In this document: positions 27,824-35,854 of the stretch, in pieces
How positions within the stretch are numbered: position 1 is the first letter of the stretch
How the letters are laid out: each line of letters starts with the position of its first letter
Source of the DNA: Candidatus Xenobia bacterium
GTDB lineage: Bacteria > Vulcanimicrobiota > Xenobia > Xenobiales > QWHO01
Assembly: GCA_045863235.1 (NCBI GenBank)
Contig: BTUM01000044.1
Span: 1-64,000 of the forward strand
Direction: 5' to 3'
DNA length: 64,000 nt
Translations under genes and position numbers: made by a program
Notes under the pieces: generated by a model
Told to the model about the DNA's origin: nothing
Seen by the model: only the letters and a program-made list of their open reading frames with translations
The model's database searches: none

Positions 27824-28999
27824 TTGGGCTCTTACTTCCGCTTCGAGCGCCTGCCGGGGGCCATTCCCGCTCTGGACGGGCTACGCGGGATCGCCATCTT
27901 GATGGTTCTGGGGCGCCACGCCGGGCGCGCCATCGGCTTTGACACGACCTTCACTCCGATGTTTCCCATCGGCTCCTGGGACCTGATGATCCCCATGCTC
28001 AACGGCTGGGCCGGGGTGGATCTTTTCTTTGTCCTGAGCGGCTTCTTGATGACCCATTACCTGCTCAAGCGTAAAGGGCAGATCTCGTTGCGCAAGTACT
28101 GGCTCAAGCGCTTGCTGCGCATCGTTCCGGCCTACTACGCCGTCTTGCTGGTAGTGGCCCTGGGCCTGGTGCCGCTTTACCCGGTCAGCCCGTTCCACTG
28201 GTGGTGGCGGCTGACCTATCACCTGCTGTTCTTGCAGGACTATCTCCATTCCAACTTTGTGGTGGCGTTCTGGTCGCTGGGGGTAGAGGAGAAGTTCTAC
28301 CTCTTGGTGCCGCTCTTGATGCTGCTCTTTCTCCGCCTGGGTCGGGGGCGAGGACTGTTGCTGTTGCTCCTTTGCATCTGTATCTCCCCGCTGTGCCGCC
28401 TCTACGGCTTTCTGGCCTGGCAGCACGAGCTAAACCACGTCAACTACTTCCTGTGGCTGCGCAGCCCCTTTCACATGAGCTGCGACTCGCTCTTGATCGG
28501 CGCCCTGGTTGCCTGGCTCTATCACCACCGGCTCTCCTACGGCTGGTTGAACGCGACCCGCAGCGGGCCACCCCTGTTCTGGGTCGGGCTGGCTGCGTGC
28601 GTCTGGCTGCTGGGCTCGAGCATCCTGGTGAAAGACCTGACCCTGGTCAACGTGGTTTTAACTCCGGACGCCCTGGCGCTCTCCTTCGGCACCCTGATGC
28701 TGGGGATGTTGCTGTGCCCGAAAGTGCCTGGAGCGACCTTCTGGAACAGCTATTTTCTGCTGATCTTCTGTCGGCTGAGCTACTGCATCTACCTGGTCCA
28801 CATGCTGTTCATGAACTCGGTCCTGGATCTACTCTGGCTCTTTCTCGACCGCCCCGTTCCCATCGGGCTCGTCCCCATCGACCCGGGCTTCTTTCTCCTC
28901 TACCTGCTCGTTTTCACGGCCGTCTCAGTTCTGGTGGCGATGGCGCTGCACTTTGCCGTGGAGAAACCCTTCTTGATCCTCAAGGACCGGGTGCGCTGA
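27824..28999 (+). CDS. Acyltransferase family 3 (OafA/YrhL-like membrane O-acyltransferase)
   Basis: LDGLRGIAILMV, GVDLFFVLSGFL, RLLRIVP, WSLGVEEKFY, SYCIYLVH, VEKPF. Confidence 0.93.
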   Translation: MGSYFRFERLPGAIPALDGLRGIAILMVLGRHAGRAIGFDTTFTPMFPIGSWDLMIPMLNGWAGVDLFFVLSGFLMTHYLLKRKGQISLRKYWLKRLLRIVPAYYAVLLVVALGLVPLYPVSPFHWWWRLTYHLLFLQDYLHSNFVVAFWSLGVEEKFYLLVPLLMLLFLRLGRGRGLLLLLLCICISPLCRLYGFLAWQHELNHVNYFLWLRSPFHMSCDSLLIGALVAWLYHHRLSYGWLNATRSGPPLFWVGLAACVWLLGSSILVKDLTLVNVVLTPDALALSFGTLMLGMLLCPKVPGATFWNSYFLLIFCRLSYCIYLVHMLFMNSVLDLLWLFLDRPVPIGLVPIDPGFFLLYLLVFTAVSVLVAMALHFAVEKPFLILKDRVR

Positions 29000-29008
29000 G
29001 GCCTTCTC

Positions 29009-29093
29009 ATGTGCTCGCACTCTGGTTTTGCACAATCTGACGAACGCGCCAGCGCGTTGTAAAGTGCAAGACCAGAGGCCTTGCACTTTAGAC
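29009..29093 (+). repeat. Repeat family B copy 2
   Basis: Matches 2689-2794 with two internal deletions; lies between convergent genes and overlaps the stop codon of 29088-29996. Confidence 0.85.
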
Positions 29094-29996
29094 GGCGGCC
29101 AGCAACACGTAGTGCGAGAGCTCGTGGGAGGCCGCCACCGTGTAAGGCCCTGAGGCATGCCGCGAGAAGGCGGCCAGCTCGGGCACCGCTCGGGTCCCCG
29201 GACCCTCGTCCTTGACTCCGCGGGGCTCCTCGGCCAACCGGTGCAGGCTGGTGCCGTAGCCGTCCACCACCAGCAGCCACCAGCCCTCGCCGTCGCCCAC
29301 GTAGAAACGGTTCTGGCCCGCGTAGCGAAGCTCGGGCGGGGCCACGAACGGCCCTCCGAAGCCGCGAAAGCCGCCCACTCGGAACATCACCCGGGGCCTG
29401 GTGCCGGGGAAGGGCTCCTCCACCGTCAGCCAGGGGTCGCGGCGCAGCTCGGCCAGCACCGCCGGGCTGACTCCGGTCAGCTCGGCCGGCAGCCGCTCGC
29501 ACAGCTCCAGCGCCCCCTCGCGGTAGTGGGGCAGCCCGGCCCGCCAGGCCAGCACCTGACCGACCTCGAGCAAACGCTCGTCCACCGGCACCTCCAGCAT
29601 GCGCTCGAGCCACCAGTTGGCGCGTGCGCCCGGCTGCTCGTCGAGGTGGTAGAGGGCGTTGGTCAGGCTGGCGGCCAGCTTGCGCGGGGCCCGAGCCAGA
29701 AGGGGGGCCACCCGGGGGAACAGCCGCTCCCAGCCGGCGGCCACCACCGGGTGGCGAGCGAAGAGGTCGCAGGCCACCAGCTCCAGGGACAGGTCGTAGA
29801 GGGCGTCGGTGACGGCCACCCGGCCCTCCTCGGGCAGGGCGGCCACGATGGGATCGAGCCGGCTGCGCAGGTGCTCGAGGAAGATCGGCCCCTTCAGCCC
29901 GGGCCTGCGATGGCGCGCCTGGGCGAAGGCCGCGTTATAGCGCTCGCGGCGCTCACGCAGCACGCGCTCGAAGGCGGGGCTCAGGCCTTCTTCCAC
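29088..29996 (-). CDS. Hypothetical protein coupled to the MoxR ATPase
   Basis: Overlaps the ATPase end; helical N-part, GGFRGFGGPF..PP motif. Confidence 0.8.
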   Translation of the reverse strand: MEEGLSPAFERVLRERRERYNAAFAQARHRRPGLKGPIFLEHLRSRLDPIVAALPEEGRVAVTDALYDLSLELVACDLFARHPVVAAGWERLFPRVAPLLARAPRKLAASLTNALYHLDEQPGARANWWLERMLEVPVDERLLEVGQVLAWRAGLPHYREGALELCERLPAELTGVSPAVLAELRRDPWLTVEEPFPGTRPRVMFRVGGFRGFGGPFVAPPELRYAGQNRFYVGDGEGWWLLVVDGYGTSLHRLAEEPRGVKDEGPGTRAVPELAAFSRHASGPYTVAASHELSHYVLLAAV

Positions 29997-31567
29997 TGCA
30001 GCCAGGCCCGATAGTTGGTGTAGCGCTGATGGAGGTACTTGAGGTAGAGCACGTCGTCGTAGAGGTGCCCGAAGAGCTTGCGCTGCTTGCTCCAGGAGGC
30101 CAGCAGGCGCTCGATCTCGACCAGGCGCGCCTTGACCTCGGGCTCGCTCAGGCCCTCCAGGCCTTTGGCGAAGTCCTGGGAGAGCTTGCGCAGGGGGTCG
30201 TCCTTGTCCAGCCCCAGCCGGTCGTATTCCTGGCAGGAGAGGTCGAACAGCGAGCGGATCCAGCTCACCCGGTCGACCCGCAGCACGCCGTTGCCGGCGG
30301 CCTCGAAGAAGGGGGCGTCCAGATCGGGCGTCAGCTTGTCGTGCAGCACGAAGGGGAGGATCTGGCGCATGTCCTCCAGGCCTACCATCGGCACTCCGCG
30401 CACGTAGGCCAGCGCCTTGGCGAAGATCAGCACGCTCATCATGGCCCGCACCGACAGCCCGTTGCGGGTCTGCACGCCGAGGTCCTTGACCCGGTCGCGC
30501 CCGCTATCGAGGGAGGCCAGCGAGGTGGGGTCGAGCCCGGAGAGCTTGAGGTTGTCCTTGGTCTTGTACTCGAGCTGCGCTCCGGCGGCCTCGAAGAACT
30601 CGAACTGGCTGGCGAAGAACTCGAAGCGCCGCAGCACCTCGGTGGGCACCGGCAGGCGGGCGATCTCGCGGTACATCCGCTCGCTCTGGGCCGGGGTGAA
30701 CACGAGCTCGGCCGGCACCACCTCCTCGGGCCGGATACCCTCCTCCACCCGGGTCAACAGCTCGGAGAAGAAGCGGGTGTTGAAGTGCAGCGCCCGCACC
30801 ACCACGTCGATGCGGTCGCGCAGGGCTTCGATCACCTGGTAGGTCCCGCCTCCCTGGTCGTCGTTGGCGGTGAGGTACCAGGCGGCTTCGGGGCACTCGT
30901 AGATGTGGTCGAGGATCTCGGCGTAGTTGTCGGCCAGCACCGTGAGCAGGGCCGACTGGGTGCGGGTGGGAATGCGGTTGTACTCGTCGATGATCTTGAC
31001 CCGCATGCCCAGCCAGCGTCGCCAGGAGATGCGGATCTGCTCCAGGCTCTGGGCCTGGATCAAATCCGCCGGCAGAGGGTTGCCCAGAAGGTCGGAGATG
31101 GTCATCTGGGGCTGTCCGTGCTGGATAGCCCGGCGCACCTCTTGCAGCGAGTATCCCGCCAGCACCCCCATGAGCACCGCGCTGGCCGTCTTGCCGCGCC
31201 CCGGCCCGCCCACCAGCAGGCAGCGACGGCGCACCGCGAAGTTCAAGAGGGGCAGCAGCACGAAGCTGGAGTAGCTCTGGGCCGTGGGCAGGACCAGGCG
31301 CGAGCGCGTGTCCCCGAAGGTGTAGCTCGGGGGCTGTCCGTCGTTGTACTCCAGGTCGTAGTGGGGGCTGATGACGGCGTTGTTGACGATCCAGAAGTAG
31401 GCCTGGCGCAGCTTCTCGTCCAGGGCCTCGCCCTCTTCGGACACCTCGCTGCCGGGGTCGACCGGGCCACGATACAGGTCGGCCACGTCGAAAGTGAGCG
31501 GCGGGGGCGGCTTGACCATCGGGTTGGTGGGGCTCTCGGGAGGGCGACGGAACAGATTCTTCAGCAC
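29981..31567 (-). CDS. MoxR-type AAA+ ATPase
   Basis: Walker A GGPGRGKT, Walker B IIDEYNR, TQSALL, TAND, EALRDR. GTG start 31567 inferred; the 32101 start would overlap YceI. Confidence 0.85.
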   Translation of the reverse strand: MLKNLFRRPPESPTNPMVKPPPPLTFDVADLYRGPVDPGSEVSEEGEALDEKLRQAYFWIVNNAVISPHYDLEYNDGQPPSYTFGDTRSRLVLPTAQSYSSFVLLPLLNFAVRRRCLLVGGPGRGKTASAVLMGVLAGYSLQEVRRAIQHGQPQMTISDLLGNPLPADLIQAQSLEQIRISWRRWLGMRVKIIDEYNRIPTRTQSALLTVLADNYAEILDHIYECPEAAWYLTANDDQGGGTYQVIEALRDRIDVVVRALHFNTRFFSELLTRVEEGIRPEEVVPAELVFTPAQSERMYREIARLPVPTEVLRRFEFFASQFEFFEAAGAQLEYKTKDNLKLSGLDPTSLASLDSGRDRVKDLGVQTRNGLSVRAMMSVLIFAKALAYVRGVPMVGLEDMRQILPFVLHDKLTPDLDAPFFEAAGNGVLRVDRVSWIRSLFDLSCQEYDRLGLDKDDPLRKLSQDFAKGLEGLSEPEVKARLVEIERLLASWSKQRKLFGHLYDDVLYLKYLHQRYTNYRAWLQWKKA

Positions 31568-31639
31568 AGGCGATTGCTTCGGAGCCGCCCGCCTGACCCC
31601 TGGGGAAGGGTGGTCCGGGCTGGAGTCGAACCTGCGGGA

Positions 31640-32284
31640 ATGAAAACGATTCTTGCACTTACCCTGCTGGCGGGCTCGCTTCTGGCAGGCTGCGCCGCCA
31701 ACCCGGCCGCCGATCGCCCCGCCGCGGTGGTCAACACCCCGGCCAGCGCAAGTCCGGCCGCTTCGCCCTCGACCGCTCCCAACGCCAAATCGCGCACCTT
31801 CGAGATCAGCGCCTGGAACTCCAGCATCGGGTTCGTAGGCTCGAAGGTGACCGGCTCCCACGAAGGCAAGTTCAAGACATTTCGGGGCATGATCGAGGTG
31901 GTCGACGAGGAGCCCACTCGCTCGCGGGTCGAGGTGACCATCGACATGGGCTCGGTGGAGGCGGACGATCCCGACCTGACCGATCACCTCAAGAGCGCCG
32001 ATTTCTTCGACGCGCCCAAGTACCCCGAGGCCAGCTTCAAGTCCACCCAGATCGCCAAGTCCGACAAGGGCTACACCGTGACCGGCGATCTCAGCCTGCA
32101 CGGCGAGACCAAATCCATCAGCTTCCCGGCCGAGATCACGCTCACTCCCGAAGGACCCACGGCCAAAGCCGAGTTCAGCATCAAGCGCTTCGACTTCAAG
32201 ATTATGTACCCGGGCAAGGCAGATAACCTCATTCGCGATGAGGTGCTGATCAAGCTCGACCTGAAGGGAACCCCCCCCGAGTAA
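31640..32284 (+). CDS. YceI-family lipoprotein
   Basis: Lipobox LAGC; SSIGF, HLKSADFFDAPKYP, VTGDLSLHGETK. Confidence 0.92.
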   Translation: MKTILALTLLAGSLLAGCAANPAADRPAAVVNTPASASPAASPSTAPNAKSRTFEISAWNSSIGFVGSKVTGSHEGKFKTFRGMIEVVDEEPTRSRVEVTIDMGSVEADDPDLTDHLKSADFFDAPKYPEASFKSTQIAKSDKGYTVTGDLSLHGETKSISFPAEITLTPEGPTAKAEFSIKRFDFKIMYPGKADNLIRDEVLIKLDLKGTPPE

Positions 32285-32400
32285 TCTCGCGACGCGTCTG
32301 GTACGGACCGCTGGGCGAGCTGGCCTGGCACGCCTCGCTGGCCGTCTATGAGCTGGCTGCCCTGGGTCGCCACGGCTGGTGGTGGCGCCTGCATCGCGCC

Positions 32401-32919
32401 TTGCCTCGCCACTATCGGGACATCCGTCCGGCCCGTCTCGAGCGCACCCATCCCGAGCGCGACTCGCTGGCCTACGGCGAGACCCCGGCCATCTCAGTGC
32501 GGCGGCTGCTGCAGGTGAGCGGTCTGGCCCCGGGGGAGCGCTTCGTCGATCTGGGCTCGGGCCGCGGGCTGGCGGCCTTGAGCGCGGCCAGCCTGGGGTA
32601 TCCGGCCCAGGGGCTGGAGTTCTTTCCCGAGTACGTGGAGCGGGCCAACCGGGTGGCCGCCGAGCTGAAGGTGCCCGCCCGGTTCACTCAGGGCGACCTG
32701 GCGGAGGACCCCTGGCCGCAAGGCGAGCTCTACTACCTGGCCTCCACCGCCTTCGGCCAGAAGACCCGGCAACGTCTGCTGGAGCGTCTGAGCGGCCTGC
32801 CCCCGGGAGCCCTGGTGGCCACGCTGGACTGGAGCTTGCCGCTGGAGGGTCGGGCAGCGTTCTACCTGCCGGTCACCTGGGGATTGGCCCTCTGCCAGCT
32901 CTACGCGACCGAAAGTTAA
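32401..32919 (+). CDS. Class I SAM methyltransferase (DOT1-like)
   Basis: YGETP, FVDLGSGRG, GLEF, VTWG; true start uncertain (frame is open back to about 32281). Confidence 0.75.
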   Translation: MPRHYRDIRPARLERTHPERDSLAYGETPAISVRRLLQVSGLAPGERFVDLGSGRGLAALSAASLGYPAQGLEFFPEYVERANRVAAELKVPARFTQGDLAEDPWPQGELYYLASTAFGQKTRQRLLERLSGLPPGALVATLDWSLPLEGRAAFYLPVTWGLALCQLYATES

Positions 32920-32965
32920 CGCTCCCAAAACAACCCCCCGGGGCAAGTTGCATACACTTGTCCTC

Positions 32966-35743
32966 GTGGAAACCAGGGCTCCGTTCCGCTTCACCGTCGA
33001 TACCGGCGCTCGCGCCGAATGGACCAACCTGCGCCTGAAAGGCAGCTTCAACCCGGCTACCGGCGAATACGACCCGCAGTGGAACGGTGGCCAGACCATC
33101 CCCATGCGCGATGATGGCCTGGAGGGCGACGAGGTGGCCGGGGACGGGGTCTACACGGCCACCGTCTCGCTCAAGACCGAGCCTCGCACCTACGAGTGGG
33201 GCGTGGTGGCTGACACGAAGGCCGGCCGCAATCGCTGGCTGCCTCTGCAAGACGGCAATCTGCGCTTTGACACCGAAGAGCGCAACCCGAGCTACACGCC
33301 TATCGCCAACCACAAGCTGGGAGTGCATCGGCGCGGCCAGGACGGGCTCTCGTTTGCGACCTGGGCTCCGGCCACGGACGAGCTGGCCGTGGAGATTTTC
33401 AACCGCGACGGCAGCCTCAAGGCCCGTCACGCCATGGAGAAGCAGCCCGACGGCACCTTCCAGCTGGAGCTGGGCCAGGGGTGGAGCGAGCTGGAGGGGC
33501 TGGGCTATCGCTATGCGACCGGCGACATCGCTTACTCCGACCCCCGGGCCCGCTTCCTGCAGGGCCAGCAGCGTGGGGTGGAGCGCGTCTTCGTGGACCC
33601 GGTTCTGGGTATCGAGACCGGCTGGTACGACGACAGCGGCAAGGGCGGGCCCAACTACGCCGACAATCCTACCTGGGGCCGTTTCACGGTGGACGACCGC
33701 CCCAACGCCGAAAAGGTACAGCTGATCATCAAGGACGAGAACGGTCGCCAGCTGAGCAAGAGCGAGCTGCTGCAGCGGCTGGGAGCGCCCCGCCTGCTGA
33801 GCTATGAGCAAGCCCCCCCCAAGGACAAGCGGGACGTGGACATCCTCAACCGATGGGGGGTGGACTCGGACGCTAAAGTGACCGACTACCAGTGGCTCGA
33901 GCGCACGGCTGAGAACGGCGCCATCGACCTCGAGCAGGTGGGCAATGCCTGGGTGACCACGGTCAACAACTTCCCCGGGCTGGCCGGGCTGCGCTACGAG
34001 TTCCGGGTCTACGAGAACGGTCGCCTGGTGGGCGATAGCAACGGCGACGGACAGCTGAGCAAGGCCGAGCGGGTGCGCACGCCCTTCAACGACCCGCTCA
34101 GCGACCGCATCTCGAACCGTCCGGGCAGCGAGCGGCTGAGCCTGATCCGCGAGTCGAAGTTCCAGTTTCAGCACCAGAACGCTCCCCGCAAGACCAGCGA
34201 CCCCTCGCGTTTCGTGATTTACGAGCTGCACGTGGGCAGCTTCATGGGCTCAAAGGACAACGCCAACCCCTCCAACTTCAAGGACCTGATGCACAACCTC
34301 GACTATCTCGAGGAGCTGGGGGTCAACACGCTCGAGCTGATGCCCTTCAACGAGTTCGGGGGTAAACGCGACTGGGGCTACACTCCCGATTACTACTTCG
34401 CCGGGGCCGAGGCTTACGGGTTCGAGCTGGACGCCGCCGAGGCGCTGCGCAAGGGCCTGGTCAGCCCACGCGAGGCAGAGGGTCGCGAGACGGTCTGGGT
34501 GCACGGGCTGGAAGCCATCAAGGTGTTCGTGGACGAGGCCCACCGGCGCGGTTTCAACGTGCTGGGCGACGTGGTCTACAACCACACCTCGGGCAAGGCC
34601 GACGCCGACAACCCGATGTGGGAGCTGGATGGAGAGCATCGCTCCTTCTTCAAGTGGAACGGACAATACATCAGCAATACCGACTGGGGAGCCAAGCCGA
34701 ACTTCGGGGCCGACGGGGTGAAGCAGTTCTTCGTGGACAACGCCGTGCAGCAACTCGAGGAGCTGGGGCTGGACGGGATTCGCTTCGACTTCACCCAGGT
34801 TCTGCACGATACCGGCACCACCCAGGAAAAGTGGGAGGGCATGCAGACCCTGCGCATGATCAACCGGGCCATCGACCACGTGCGTCCGGGCGCCTACACG
34901 GTGGCCGAGGACTTCTCGCGCTCGTGGCTGGTGGCGGCTGATTACGACCGCAGCTCGTGGGTGGGCGAGAACGAGCACCGCATGGAGAAGAAGGGGATGG
35001 GCTTCGACGCGGTCTGGAACGACCGCTTCCACGACGACATGATCGACGCCCTGGCGGGACGGGCTTCGATGGACCGCCTGATGGAGGCGCTCACCCGGCA
35101 CGTGGACGTGGAGAACTGGAGCAAGGCCGTGGTCTACACCCACAGCCACGACGAAGTGGGCAACTCGGGCCAGTGGGCGGCCCGGGTGGCGGCCGGCAGC
35201 CAGAAGACCGAGGACACTCTCAAGCCCCTGCCGCGGGCCCTGGCCCGCACGGCGGCCACGCTCACCCTGTTGGCTGCCGGGGTGCCCATGTTGTTCCAGG
35301 GCGAGGAGTTCCTGGACAACGCCGACTACAAGCACGGCGTGACGGCGACCTGGGGTAACGACATGAGCTGGCTGGGCCACCAGGTCGATCCCGCTCAGGC
35401 CAACAGCCTGTCCGGCGACGAGCGGGTGGCCGCCCTCAAGCGCGGGCACTTCAACTACTATCGCGACCTGATCAAGCTGCGCGGCTCCAGCCCGGCCTTC
35501 ACCTCCACCAGCGAGATTCGTCCCGGCAGCGTAAACAACGCCGAGCGTACCCTCAGCTACGTGCGCAAGGGCGGGGGCGAGGAGTTCTGCGTGCTGGCGA
35601 ATTTCTCCGATCAGCCGCGCCAGGTTCCCCTGCCCGAGGGCAACTGGAAGCTGGTGCTCAGCTCCGACGATCGTCAGTATGGCGGGAGCGGGTTGCAGGG
35701 CGGGGTGGCTCCCGGCTCGGCGCTGGTCTACAAGCGCGTTTAG
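32966..35743 (+). CDS. GH13 alpha-amylase-family enzyme (GlgB/TreZ-like) with N-terminal accessory domains
   Basis: IYELHVGSF, LELMP, WGY, DVVYNH, GIRFD, VAED, SHDE, PMLFQGEE; GTG 7 nt after TACACT (alternative start 32948). Confidence 0.9.
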   Translation: METRAPFRFTVDTGARAEWTNLRLKGSFNPATGEYDPQWNGGQTIPMRDDGLEGDEVAGDGVYTATVSLKTEPRTYEWGVVADTKAGRNRWLPLQDGNLRFDTEERNPSYTPIANHKLGVHRRGQDGLSFATWAPATDELAVEIFNRDGSLKARHAMEKQPDGTFQLELGQGWSELEGLGYRYATGDIAYSDPRARFLQGQQRGVERVFVDPVLGIETGWYDDSGKGGPNYADNPTWGRFTVDDRPNAEKVQLIIKDENGRQLSKSELLQRLGAPRLLSYEQAPPKDKRDVDILNRWGVDSDAKVTDYQWLERTAENGAIDLEQVGNAWVTTVNNFPGLAGLRYEFRVYENGRLVGDSNGDGQLSKAERVRTPFNDPLSDRISNRPGSERLSLIRESKFQFQHQNAPRKTSDPSRFVIYELHVGSFMGSKDNANPSNFKDLMHNLDYLEELGVNTLELMPFNEFGGKRDWGYTPDYYFAGAEAYGFELDAAEALRKGLVSPREAEGRETVWVHGLEAIKVFVDEAHRRGFNVLGDVVYNHTSGKADADNPMWELDGEHRSFFKWNGQYISNTDWGAKPNFGADGVKQFFVDNAVQQLEELGLDGIRFDFTQVLHDTGTTQEKWEGMQTLRMINRAIDHVRPGAYTVAEDFSRSWLVAADYDRSSWVGENEHRMEKKGMGFDAVWNDRFHDDMIDALAGRASMDRLMEALTRHVDVENWSKAVVYTHSHDEVGNSGQWAARVAAGSQKTEDTLKPLPRALARTAATLTLLAAGVPMLFQGEEFLDNADYKHGVTATWGNDMSWLGHQVDPAQANSLSGDERVAALKRGHFNYYRDLIKLRGSSPAFTSTSEIRPGSVNNAERTLSYVRKGGGEEFCVLANFSDQPRQVPLPEGNWKLVLSSDDRQYGGSGLQGGVAPGSALVYKRV

Positions 35744-35754
35744 TGCGCTGGGGG

Positions 35755-35817
35755 CTTCGTCGCATCGGCAAGTCTCTCACCGCACGTTTCGTGGCACGGT
35801 CCATGCGACGAAGTTTA
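35755..35817 (-). repeat. Repeat family A, internally deleted copy
   Basis: CTTCGTCGCATCG..CAAGTCTCTCACCGCACGTTTCGTGGCACGGTCCATGCGACGAAGTTTA aligns to 61351-61445 with a ~32-bp internal deletion. Confidence 0.85.
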
Positions 35818-35854
35818 AGGCTCTTTTCAACCCCGCCTGCTACTCTGCTCCGGC

